Source: Gammaproteobacteria bacterium
Lineage (GTDB): Bacteria; Pseudomonadota; Gammaproteobacteria; DSM-16500
DNA: 64,000 bases
Reading direction: 5' to 3'
Assembly: GCA_021324335.1 (NCBI GenBank)
Contig: JAJPJH010000107.1
Location: 7,362-71,361 of the forward strand
The stretch's first letter is position 1. Every line of letters begins with the position of its first letter. The position numbers and the translations under genes were made by a program. The notes below the pieces were generated by a model. It ran no database searches. It had not been told where the DNA came from and was given only the letters and a program-made list of their open reading frames with translations. Shown piece after piece: positions 48,967 through 57,949 of the stretch.

Positions 48967-49566
48967 ATGGAGTCACGTAAAAGACGGCGGATTAAGGTTT
49001 GGATTGAGGATAATGATAATAAAGATCTTGAGACTCCATTTAACCTAGAACGAGAGAATAAGAAACTTCAAGAGGCTCTTCAAGAGCTGGAGAAAAGATA
49101 TCAATATCTGGAGAGCCAAACCCAACAATCAATGCATATAATACGGAAACTATTTGGACATGCTAATGAGGTGGTGGACTTTGCTAACAAGTTTGCAGCG
49201 CGGAGCGAAGAAAGTTGGCGGCAGGTATTTCAAAACGAGATAGAAACGTTAGAATGGGAGATAAAAGGATTAAAAGATGAAAAGAGAGAAATATTAAAAA
49301 AGTGGGAGGAGAGTGAAATAAAAAATCAATCACTTCAAGCAGAAATTCAACAGCTGAAGTCAGATCTAGCACATGCTAAGCCAAATGCAGGGTTTTCTCA
49401 GCGAGCATTCAATCCGTTAAATTTTCAACCTCAGCAGCCTCCAGCGAGGTACAATCCGTTTCTCGCATCTTTACGACAAAATCCAAATCTGCTATGGGCA
49501 CCTTCACCAAAGCCGTCAACTGATAATTCCGGTTTCAAATTTAGCCGTCGTAACATCAATCAATAA
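48967..49566 (+). CDS. coiled-coil orphan protein with N-terminal RKRRRIK basic cluster and Pro/Gln-rich tail
   Basis: 199 aa, GAGGAG SD. MESRKRRRIKVW..., heptad-rich centre, C-terminal QPQQPPARYNPF. It is a paralogue of 51426..52073. Confidence 0.7.
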   Translation: MESRKRRRIKVWIEDNDNKDLETPFNLERENKKLQEALQELEKRYQYLESQTQQSMHIIRKLFGHANEVVDFANKFAARSEESWRQVFQNEIETLEWEIKGLKDEKREILKKWEESEIKNQSLQAEIQQLKSDLAHAKPNAGFSQRAFNPLNFQPQQPPARYNPFLASLRQNPNLLWAPSPKPSTDNSGFKFSRRNINQ

Positions 49567-49579
49567 GACATCGATCAAA

Positions 49580-49606
49580 AAGCGCAGCTCAAGCTGCGTT
49601 TTTTTG
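49580..49606 (+). terminator. rho-independent terminator
   Basis: aagcgcagc tcaa gctgcgtt followed by ttttttt, 14 bp after the stop of 48967..49566. Confidence 0.75.
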
Positions 49607-49646
49607 GCTCAGTAGCATTTTCTAAAAATGTCGCATACACTAATAA

Positions 49647-51296
49647 ATGTATCATCTGGCTCACAAGGATTACCTAATGCAAACGGATATGGTAAACATC
49701 GGCCTAGGCTTTATCGAAGGTTTTGCTCTCATTATTTCGCCCTGCATTTTACCTATTTTACCCATTATTCTTGCAGGATCCTTAGCAGGTAGCAAAAAAC
49801 GTCCGTTAGGGATTATTGTAGGTTTTGTGGTAATTTTTGCCTTATTTACTTTTTTTTCTCGCCAATTGATTGAGTATTCTGGCATTAACCCCAACCTCAT
49901 TCATGATATTTCTTACGCTATTCTTTTGTTACTGGGCATTATGATGCTTTCTTCTTATTTGACAGAACAATTTAATTTATTAACTCAGCGTCTCGTTAAC
50001 ACAGGTTCTACACTCTCAACAGTGAATGATGTAGAAGGGGGATTTATCAGCGGTTTCCTATTCGGCGGATTAGTCGCACTCATTTGGACGCCGTGCGCAG
50101 GGCCCATTCTAGCAGCCGTGATTGTACAAACCGTCATTCAGCAAACGACCCTCACCAGCTTTCTCATCTTACTCGCATTTGGCATTGGTGCAGGCGTGCC
50201 TATGCTCATCATTGCTCTATTCGGGAGAGAAATCATGGCCAAATTTCGCTTTTTTAAAATGCATACCTTTTTGCTAAGAAAATTATTAGGCATTGTCATT
50301 ATCGCGAGTGTGGGTTACATGATTTATTCAGAAGGTGGTATTACTCTTTCGGCAGCAGAAACCAATAATCATGCGGCAGTCCATTTAGAGGATGGCTTAT
50401 TTGCTCCTTATCCTGCTCCTGCTATTGAAGGCATTACTGCATGGATTAATTCGCCGCCACTTAAAATAAATGATTTAAAAGGAAAAGTCGTATTAATTGA
50501 TTTTTGGACCTTCTCTTGTATCAATTGCATACGCACTTTGCCTTATTTAAAAACCTGGTACAGTAAATATCAGCATGATGGTTTTGTCATCATTGGCATA
50601 CATGCACCTGAATTTGCATTTGAAAAAGACTTCAATAATGTGAAAAATGCGGTTATAAAAGACGGTATTACTTATCCAGTAGCATTAGATAATAATTTTG
50701 TGACCTGGCAAAATTATCATAATAGTTATTGGCCAGCGCATTATTTGATTGATAAAAATGGTAATGTTGTTTATACCCATTTTGGTGAAGGGGATTATGA
50801 TATCACTGAAAATAACATTCGTTATTTGCTGGGAATAAAAGAGTCTGTCACGACCCCAGCCACCACAGAACCTGTTTCCCTGGCACAGACACCTGAAACG
50901 TATTTAGGTTATGCCCGTGCGGAGCGCTTCGCGAGTCCTGAATCCGTGCTAAAGAATACAATAGGCGTTTATACTTTTCCTGCTGAATTGCCCCAGGATG
51001 AATGGGCGTTAGAGGGGACTTGGAAAATCATCCCAGATAAAATTATTTCGATTTCTGCAGGCGCGGCAATTGAAATTCATTTTCATGCCCGCAATGTTTT
51101 TATGGTGATGGGAAGTGCTGCACGCCAGCCTCTGCAGGTAAGAGTGGTATTGAATAATAAAGAAGCGCATGTTTTGACGGTGAATAGCCCCACCCTTTAC
51201 CCAGTGGTTGAATTGCCCCATTCTGATAGTGGTATTTTGCAGGTGATTGCCACAAAGCCTGGGTTGGAGGTTTATACATTTACTTTTGGTGAGTGA
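49647..51296 (+). CDS. dipZ: DipZ-like protein-disulfide reductase: CcdA/DsbD-type membrane domain fused to thioredoxin-like (redoxin) and C-terminal beta-rich domains
   Basis: The membrane part carries the paired motifs ISPCILPILP and WTPCAGPILA. The periplasmic part has VVLIDFWTFSCINCIRTLP (CxxC). The true start may be M11/M15 (49677/49689). Confidence 0.8.
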   Translation: MYHLAHKDYLMQTDMVNIGLGFIEGFALIISPCILPILPIILAGSLAGSKKRPLGIIVGFVVIFALFTFFSRQLIEYSGINPNLIHDISYAILLLLGIMMLSSYLTEQFNLLTQRLVNTGSTLSTVNDVEGGFISGFLFGGLVALIWTPCAGPILAAVIVQTVIQQTTLTSFLILLAFGIGAGVPMLIIALFGREIMAKFRFFKMHTFLLRKLLGIVIIASVGYMIYSEGGITLSAAETNNHAAVHLEDGLFAPYPAPAIEGITAWINSPPLKINDLKGKVVLIDFWTFSCINCIRTLPYLKTWYSKYQHDGFVIIGIHAPEFAFEKDFNNVKNAVIKDGITYPVALDNNFVTWQNYHNSYWPAHYLIDKNGNVVYTHFGEGDYDITENNIRYLLGIKESVTTPATTEPVSLAQTPETYLGYARAERFASPESVLKNTIGVYTFPAELPQDEWALEGTWKIIPDKIISISAGAAIEIHFHARNVFMVMGSAARQPLQVRVVLNNKEAHVLTVNSPTLYPVVELPHSDSGILQVIATKPGLEVYTFTFGE

Positions 51297-51359
51297 ATTA
51301 TAGCGAGTAGATTATTTGCGCAAATTTTCGGCGAATTTTTGCTTGCTTTCTTCTATTGA

Positions 51360-51376
51360 TTTTTTATGATATAAAC
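51360..51376 (+). promoter_or_regulatory. conserved 17-bp promoter-like motif TTTTTTATGATATAAAC, copy 2
   Basis: Identical to 48913-48929. It lies 50 bp upstream of ATG 51426. Confidence 0.5.
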
Positions 51377-51425
51377 CTAGAAAGTCTATATGCCCACAAA
51401 ATGCTTAAAAAATAAGGGAAACATT

Positions 51426-52073
51426 ATGGAATCACGTAAAAAATCTCTATTAACGTCAGATGGAAATGAGATTATACGATTAAGAAATAAATTAGAAGAA
51501 GAGAAGCAGAAAAATAAAAAATTGACCCAAGAAATAATAAAGTGTCACGAGGAGAAAAAAAATTGGGATAATGCATTAGTTCGTGCTGTTAGAAGGGATC
51601 AACGTTCACCGGAGGTTAAGAAAAGGAAGTTAAATAATGAAGAGAGTGGGGGGGAGCTTACTGAGCGCTATCATATATTAAGTGATTTATGCAATTTTTT
51701 CGTAAAAGAAAATGAGGAGCTAATAAATGCAAATAGCGATCTAATCTCGCAAATTGCTATTCTAAAGGCACAAATTGAAACTATTAGAGCGCAATATGAA
51801 AGTTTACTTAATTTTGACACCTCTATACAACCAAACGTTAGAGCTTATCAAGAAAATGAGAAATTGAAAAAGCTTAATTATAGATTGGGAGTGGAAAACG
51901 AAAGGTTAGAACAAGAATTACAATATTATAAACAGCACATAGTAAATTCAATAAATAGTTTTCCAACCTTATTTTCAGCCGCATATGTAAATTCTAATAG
52001 AGGAGTAGGAGTTCCTAATCAACAAGAGAAAAATCCACAAAATATTTCTCCTATTCAGAAGTCATCGCGCTAA
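51426..52073 (+). CDS. coiled-coil orphan protein, paralogue of 48967..49566, with PEVKKRKL basic cluster
   Basis: The start is chosen by paralogy: atggaatcacgtaaaaaa vs atggagtcacgtaaaaga, MESRKK vs MESRKR. The track ORF begins 36 nt upstream at 51390. Heptad-rich. Confidence 0.65.
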   Translation: MESRKKSLLTSDGNEIIRLRNKLEEEKQKNKKLTQEIIKCHEEKKNWDNALVRAVRRDQRSPEVKKRKLNNEESGGELTERYHILSDLCNFFVKENEELINANSDLISQIAILKAQIETIRAQYESLLNFDTSIQPNVRAYQENEKLKKLNYRLGVENERLEQELQYYKQHIVNSINSFPTLFSAAYVNSNRGVGVPNQQEKNPQNISPIQKSSR

Positions 52074-52083
52074 ATGCCTCTGG

Positions 52084-53025
52084 CTATTGTCTTTTTAGCG
52101 ATGCTTGCTTAATGATGGCATCAGGCGAAAAATTTTTCGATCCATTATTAGTTATGTGTAGTTTTTCTTGAATTTCGTCAAAAAGTTTTTTAACAGAAGA
52201 AGTTTTTTTTATTTTTTTAGCAGGCAGAGGATGGCTATTTTCAATAAGAGGGGCCTTTAACAAAGGTGTTATCCATTTTTCTATCATCAGAAGCCGAATA
52301 TTATTAAAGGCAGCATTGACAGTTTCATTTATTAGGACAGAGACATCTTGTTCATATTCATAATTATAAATGGCAAGATCCTGCTGTGATAGTTTTTCTG
52401 ATTTAACTGAATTTCTTCTTTTAATTTTAATCTCCTCACGATTTAATATAATTTTTAACATATCAGCCTTACGTGTTTCCAATATATCCATCGTTAATGG
52501 TAAATTGATATTTAAGTGTTTTTTAGTAATTTCATTAGGCTCAGCCATGCCAGAAACAATATATTTAATATGCTCCCGCCCTGGCTTGATATATAACATA
52601 TCTTTTATCGGTTTATCTTCTCCTGTTTCTATTTTATCTGTCATCTCGCAAAGTTTATATTTTAAATCTAATTTATTATTAAGAATAATTTTTATTGCTT
52701 GAGGTGCCAAGCGTGTGACAAGTTTATCTAATGCTGCGATTTCTTTGCGGGATTCAACATACGTTAGATCAGTGCAGTAGACAATACAGATAGGATCTGT
52801 TTCATTTAAGTATTGATAAAGAAGATCATTATCATAAGGAACATCGAGAATGAGCAAATCTAATCTTTCCCCTATGTGGATGTTATAAAATTGAATGTCA
52901 TCGGTAGGGTTATAAGTGAGCTCAATTTTCTTTCCAAGAAAAGCAGCAATTAAAGAAGTTTTGCCGACACTGCGTCCACCCAGCATAAGCATGCGGGCAG
53001 AGTGATATTTTCTACGAGGGTCCAT
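52084..53025 (-). CDS. Ras-superfamily small-GTPase-like protein with ~150-aa C-terminal extension (eukaryote-like)
   Basis: G1 LMLGGRSVGKTS (aa 13-24), G3 position LLILDVPY (DxxG glycine missing), G4 NNKLD (aa 116-120). AT-rich. Confidence 0.7.
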   Translation of the reverse strand: MDPRRKYHSARMLMLGGRSVGKTSLIAAFLGKKIELTYNPTDDIQFYNIHIGERLDLLILDVPYDNDLLYQYLNETDPICIVYCTDLTYVESRKEIAALDKLVTRLAPQAIKIILNNKLDLKYKLCEMTDKIETGEDKPIKDMLYIKPGREHIKYIVSGMAEPNEITKKHLNINLPLTMDILETRKADMLKIILNREEIKIKRRNSVKSEKLSQQDLAIYNYEYEQDVSVLINETVNAAFNNIRLLMIEKWITPLLKAPLIENSHPLPAKKIKKTSSVKKLFDEIQEKLHITNNGSKNFSPDAIIKQASLKRQ

Positions 53026-53111
53026 ACTTCTCGTCTCTCAATCCTTTGACATATTAATTCCGCAACAAAGGCCAGTTTACCTTAAAAAGAATAGAAAACA
53101 ATCACTTTGGT

Positions 53112-54233
53112 TTATTCGCGGCTCCAGCGTTCTGTTTGGCTTCTGACAGTATCTGCTAAAGAGTGAAAGAGAGTATGTTGTTTTCTAAGCCACGCTGCAT
53201 CATTTTCACGCCGATTGGCCGCTTTCTTAATATGTTCTAGCACAATCTTACAATCAAGTTGCTTGGCATAAGGCTCAAGTTGTTGACAAGTATGGAGGAT
53301 ATCATCGAGTAACGGGATATGTTTGCGGCGTAAAGGATCAATGAAGATGGCATCAAAGCCATATCGAGAGGCATTGAATCGATTAAAAAGATAGGTTAAA
53401 TAAATTTCCCGAGATAAAACAGGCCGTGTATCCAGTAGCCAGTGTACTAACATTTGGGCGTATGCGGCGAGATCGGCGGCTTTTTCAACAGTTAATGGGG
53501 TGTCGCAAATACGTAATTCAATCGTGCCAAATTCAGGTTTAGGGCGTATATCCCAGTAAAAATCTTTCATACTCTTAATGATGCCGAGCGTCATCATTTT
53601 GTCATAATAATCACTGAACTCTTTCCAGGTAAGCACCCAAGGAGGTGTACCGCTGAGAGGAAAGGCGCTGATAACGGTGAGACGGGAACAATCAAAACTG
53701 GTATCAACCCCTTGGTGAAAAGGTGAGGCAGCAGATAAAGCGATGAATTGGGGGAGATAGCGTGCGAGAGCGTGGCATAAGTAAAGTGCATCATCACCCT
53801 GATGACAAGCGACGTGAATATGCTGGCCAAATACAGTAAATTGCTTGGCTAAATAGCCATATTGCTCGGAAATATGAGTGAATCGCTCGATGGGGAAAAT
53901 GCGTTGCTCTTTCCATTTTTGAAAAGGATGCGCACCACCCCCACAGATGCCAATATGACTGCGAGCTGCTTCTTCAGCAACGATGGATTTCATTGCACGA
54001 AGTTCAGTCATTAATGATTGATAAGACGCATGCACAGATGAATTTAACTCAATCATGGCTAAGGTGATTTCAGGTTTAATTTCACCTGGATGCACGGTTT
54101 CCGATAAACGACGCAGAAAATCTTTCGCTTCCATCGCGAGATTAAAATCTTGTAAGTTGACTAATTGTAATTCCAGTTCGACACCGATAGTAAAAGCAGG
54201 ATTTTCTTTAAATGCAGGTAAAACATTCATCAT
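53112..54233 (-). CDS. ybdK: carboxylate-amine ligase YbdK (glutamate-cysteine ligase family 2)
   Basis: FTIGVELELQLVN, GGGAHPF, IELRICDTP are characteristic GCS2 motifs. 373 aa. Confidence 0.88.
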   Translation of the reverse strand: MMNVLPAFKENPAFTIGVELELQLVNLQDFNLAMEAKDFLRRLSETVHPGEIKPEITLAMIELNSSVHASYQSLMTELRAMKSIVAEEAARSHIGICGGGAHPFQKWKEQRIFPIERFTHISEQYGYLAKQFTVFGQHIHVACHQGDDALYLCHALARYLPQFIALSAASPFHQGVDTSFDCSRLTVISAFPLSGTPPWVLTWKEFSDYYDKMMTLGIIKSMKDFYWDIRPKPEFGTIELRICDTPLTVEKAADLAAYAQMLVHWLLDTRPVLSREIYLTYLFNRFNASRYGFDAIFIDPLRRKHIPLLDDILHTCQQLEPYAKQLDCKIVLEHIKKAANRRENDAAWLRKQHTLFHSLADTVRSQTERWSRE

Positions 54234-54245
54234 GGATTCCTCTGA

Positions 54246-55436
54246 CTAGCTATTTTGTAACAAAGCTTCTTCTGATTTGATGAAAGCGAGTTGAGTGGCG
54301 ATAGGTCCGATGATTGTTAAAATAGCAACAATAGTGGTGATAATCGTCATGAGTTGATAACCTAGGTTGGGAGCAAGATCAAAGATAATGTTCGACATGC
54401 CAATAGCAAGCCCCGCCATCGGTGTGAGGGCAGAACCAAGGGCCCAAGCTTGTTGATTCGTGAGGCGACTATATTTAGCAAATAACCAAATCCCACTTAT
54501 TTTAGCAAGCATTCTCGCGCATAAAATTAGCAGAACAATCCCCGTTGCTTGCCAGAGCCCGTTTAATTGGATATGCGCCCCTGTGATCACGAATAATAAA
54601 ATAAAAAACAATTTCGCTAGCCATCCAAAATCTACTTCAGTCAGTAAATACTTGTAATTAAAGTTTCTAGCAGCAACCCCGAGCGTGAAAAGGGTAAGCA
54701 TAGAAGAGAGATTCAGCATCACAGCACCGCCGATTGCAAACATGACGCTGCCAATGAATAAGATAAATTGATTTTCTTTTCGTTTACCGATCAAATAAGC
54801 AATCCCTAACACCAGAAGGAAGATTGCTATTCCTAGCAAAATAGAGCCTATTAAGCGATAAACAATACTTTCGATGAGGATATGCGGGGGAGTTGTGCGT
54901 AGAAAAGGTAATAATATGGTAAAAGTGACGAGCCCAAATAAATTATTTAAGCTCGTTAAAATCAATGTACGGCGTGTAACAGGTCCTTTCGAATTAAGAT
55001 CATCTGCTACCATCATTACCACTGCCGGAGAGGTTGTAGCAATAATGGAAGCAGCTAATGCAGCATATAATAAGGGGATCTGAAATGCGAATAGAATGCT
55101 TAATGCTAGTATGAAGGTGAGACTGGATTCAGCAATAGACATTAACATAATACCGCGATCATGGCGTAACCAGGTAAAATCTAAATGTCTACCAAGATCA
55201 AATAAGATGAGGCCTAATGAAATTTCAATGAAAATACGGGCGCCTGCTAATAACGAAGGAGTGACCATATTAAAAACACTGGGGCCGACTAAAAATCCCA
55301 CAATAATATAGCCTGTAATCCTGGGCAGAAAATAACTTCGTGCTGCTAATTCACCGCCAATTAATCCTAGTAATAATGTTAAACCGAATAAAGCGATAGG
55401 ATTGGCATGAGAGGTAGGATGAAATAATAAATGCAT
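54246..55436 (-). CDS. cation:proton antiporter (CPA/Kef-type membrane domain, no KTN domain)
   Basis: 396 aa, 11-12 TM helices, with the Na_H_Exchanger-like pattern GELAARSYFLPRITGYIIVGFLVGP. Confidence 0.8.
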   Translation of the reverse strand: MHLLFHPTSHANPIALFGLTLLLGLIGGELAARSYFLPRITGYIIVGFLVGPSVFNMVTPSLLAGARIFIEISLGLILFDLGRHLDFTWLRHDRGIMLMSIAESSLTFILALSILFAFQIPLLYAALAASIIATTSPAVVMMVADDLNSKGPVTRRTLILTSLNNLFGLVTFTILLPFLRTTPPHILIESIVYRLIGSILLGIAIFLLVLGIAYLIGKRKENQFILFIGSVMFAIGGAVMLNLSSMLTLFTLGVAARNFNYKYLLTEVDFGWLAKLFFILLFVITGAHIQLNGLWQATGIVLLILCARMLAKISGIWLFAKYSRLTNQQAWALGSALTPMAGLAIGMSNIIFDLAPNLGYQLMTIITTIVAILTIIGPIATQLAFIKSEEALLQNS

Positions 55437-55565
55437 TAATTACTCCTCATGACGCAGAGATAATTTTTCTAGTTTATCGGCATGATGATATACCGGAAGG
55501 GGAATGGATGCAAATTAAGGTTTGAGCTGTTTTTGATCAAATAAATGGCTAACATATGCTAAATC

Positions 55566-56531
55566 TTAGGTTTTCTTTCGGGGAGACAGATTAATGTCTT
55601 CCGAAATCACCTTTATTGCTTTATGTGCTTGCTTATTTAATTTTTGCTGGGGAGACATGATAGGAGAGCCTTTAGTTAAGAGATGAACAGCGCCGAAGGT
55701 AAAAACATTCGCTAAGTAATAACCGATTTTGATAAAAAGCATTTTTACTTCTGGATTGGGATTAAATAAAAGAGCCTCTTTTGTTTCCTTTTGGCTATAT
55801 TCGTGTTTATAATTTTTCAGTCTCTTAATGGGATCGGGTTCCTTGGAGTCTTCTAAAGTTGCATAAAGTTTTTTAGTGGCGAGATAGCTTCTTACATTTG
55901 TTTCCAATTTCTGGGAAGCATAACTAGCATAAGTGCTATCAGCGAATTTACCTGTTCGATTAATTAAATCATTAGCAAGCTGATCAATATCAAATATTCC
56001 TTCCCTAATATTTTTTTCTTCTACGAGGTAATATTGGGATCCGTGATTAGGCAATTTGGTTGCTTCCTGAGAAATGATTTTGCATAAAATATCTTTACAG
56101 GTAGAAGTACTATTTTTTAAAGTAGTAATGGCTTTTTCGATACGCGCTATATTTTGTCCATTCTCTTCAGTTATTTTTTCACCGTTAAGCTTTAAACTTC
56201 GTTTTAGGACAGTTTCAATACCTGAATAGAATTCACTCATTATATACATTTCTTCGCCTGCTTGATTAGGAAAGATGTCGTATATTAGTAATAATTTATC
56301 TAAGGAATATTGACTGAAAGCTGTAAAATCTCTTTCTGCTATATTCGATAAGGATTTAATGAGGTTTTCGGCTTGTTTGATTGGATCATACGATAAAGGA
56401 GCGATAGCTTTGAAGTCTTCTTTTAATTGATTCACAAATGAATGAATCTCAAGCAGGTAGGTGCCTTGAGCTTTAGCTTCTTGAAGTTTTTCTGTTTTTA
56501 ATTGCAAGAGTAATTGTAGGGATTTTTCCAT
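55566..56531 (-). CDS. hypothetical helical protein with one C-proximal TM segment (orphan, effector-like)
   Basis: 321-aa AT-rich ORF with hydrophobic segment MLFIKIGYYLANVFTFGAVHLL. No family recognised. Confidence 0.6.
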   Translation of the reverse strand: MEKSLQLLLQLKTEKLQEAKAQGTYLLEIHSFVNQLKEDFKAIAPLSYDPIKQAENLIKSLSNIAERDFTAFSQYSLDKLLLIYDIFPNQAGEEMYIMSEFYSGIETVLKRSLKLNGEKITEENGQNIARIEKAITTLKNSTSTCKDILCKIISQEATKLPNHGSQYYLVEEKNIREGIFDIDQLANDLINRTGKFADSTYASYASQKLETNVRSYLATKKLYATLEDSKEPDPIKRLKNYKHEYSQKETKEALLFNPNPEVKMLFIKIGYYLANVFTFGAVHLLTKGSPIMSPQQKLNKQAHKAIKVISEDINLSPRKKT

Positions 56532-56779
56532 GATTTACTCCCCCTATTTATGAATTTTTTGTTTAACACTGAGTCATTAATAGAATGAAGTTTTTATTAG
56601 AGTAATTTTTATTATAAGGAAAAAATATTAAGGAATTATGAAGATTTTCCGGCGTGCGAATTAGCTTTTAGCAGGATTTTACGGAAGCTAGTTTCAAGAA
56701 GGCTTTGGTTTGGAAGCGTTACTTGTTTATGTGCAGCACTTGCATTCAGGCTATTTGATATGATGTCAAGTTTTACTGA

Positions 56780-57922
56780 CTAAACAGCAAATCTCATCTT
56801 CTTAACATTTAATGCCCTTTTTTCCCTACACATCTCTTTATATCGTACAACGCGATCACTATAAGATCCAAAAAAAGTGTTTTTATTGTCTTTAAATGAC
56901 GATTGGCTTAAAGGAATAAAATAATTTTTATTTGAGAGAGGTCGCTCCGGCGGGTTAGGTACAGCATCGCTAAAAACCGCTTGGAATGCATTTATCATGT
57001 AACTACTCTTTGTTTTCAGGAACTTGTAAGCCTCAGGGGTACTACCAAATTTCAAATCCGTAATAATGGCTTTATTCATTATCTTAAGTTTAATCGGTCT
57101 TGGTTCGTCCTTTTTATTTAACCATTCATCTAATGTCAACAAACGCTGATTGAATCCTACCCATGGATCCCAAACCCACTTTCGATTTTGATTATCTATC
57201 AACATACTTGCACAATGGAACCACCAACTTTTATTGGCGACAAATTTTTGCCAGTCATTTTGGTTATAAATTTTATATAATTTAGCAGTATTTATTCCAT
57301 GCAAATCACATAACACAGTGCTCACATGTGCTCGCATAAAACATTTGCTTTTACTATTTTCGTATTGTTTGCTTAGTTTATAGTTATCATTGTAATTAAT
57401 AAACTTTTGATATAAATCTGATAAAACTTCAAAACTTGGATTATCTTTAAAAAATATAGGATAATCACCGGAAACAACTGGAATATCACCAGCCAATGCT
57501 TGGCATTCTTTTTGTAAAGTGACGTTACAATGCTCCATGTTTTTGTGCGCTCGGTTTCCTTTGGTGCAAAAATGAGAGTCCAAAAGATTGTTTTGGCCAG
57601 AATTAAAATGAATAGTAATTTCATTTACTTCGAGGAGTCTTTTAGTATCACTCATCCAATTAAACAGCGGCGATCCATATTTGAGATCAGAGCTAGGAGG
57701 TAGCGCATCTTTTGAAAAAAAAGGATCTTTGAAATGATAGCTTTCTAATTGAGTGCCTTGGCAAGACGTAAGACCTGTTAAGTCAATGTAACTAAATTCC
57801 GGAATTTTATCACCGATAAATCTCGCTATTATTTTTTTATTTGAATCTTTATCAAAGATGTAGTAGGTAGTGTTTATTTCGGGATGGGGTACTATTGCGT
57901 CTTCTAAATAAATTTCTTTCAT
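56780..57922 (-). CDS. orphan protein with protein-glutaminase-like (papain-fold Cys-His-Asp) central domain
   Basis: KC(194)FMRAHVSTVL...WWFH(236)CASML...WVWD(252)PW. Compare Chryseobacterium protein-glutaminase GCYARAHKMRQIL...WSYHVAILV...RIIDPS (from memory). The Cys codon is at 57341-57343. Confidence 0.65.
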   Translation of the reverse strand: MKEIYLEDAIVPHPEINTTYYIFDKDSNKKIIARFIGDKIPEFSYIDLTGLTSCQGTQLESYHFKDPFFSKDALPPSSDLKYGSPLFNWMSDTKRLLEVNEITIHFNSGQNNLLDSHFCTKGNRAHKNMEHCNVTLQKECQALAGDIPVVSGDYPIFFKDNPSFEVLSDLYQKFINYNDNYKLSKQYENSKSKCFMRAHVSTVLCDLHGINTAKLYKIYNQNDWQKFVANKSWWFHCASMLIDNQNRKWVWDPWVGFNQRLLTLDEWLNKKDEPRPIKLKIMNKAIITDLKFGSTPEAYKFLKTKSSYMINAFQAVFSDAVPNPPERPLSNKNYFIPLSQSSFKDNKNTFFGSYSDRVVRYKEMCREKRALNVKKMRFAV

Positions 57923-57949
57923 AGTGTTTTCCTTATTTGGAAAAAGATT

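Noticed and set aside
51313-51324. 12-bp palindrome atttgcgcaaat after dipZ as a terminator
   Set aside because: There is no room for a loop, the stem is AT-rich and there is no proper U-tract. It may be a protein-binding site, but there is no supporting context.
53026-53111. PmrA-type tandem TTAATATT boxes upstream of effector-like genes
   Set aside because: Only a single AATTAATATG occurs upstream of the GTPase gene. No tandem repeat with the expected spacing was seen here or upstream of the other effector-like genes.
56532-56779. Second GGA-containing spacer (5 GGA in ~250 nt: AAGGAA x2, CAGGAT, ACGGAA, TTGGAA) as another Rsm-like RNA
   Set aside because: The enrichment is modest and I could find no convincing terminator hairpin or promoter. 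It is kept only as a note.
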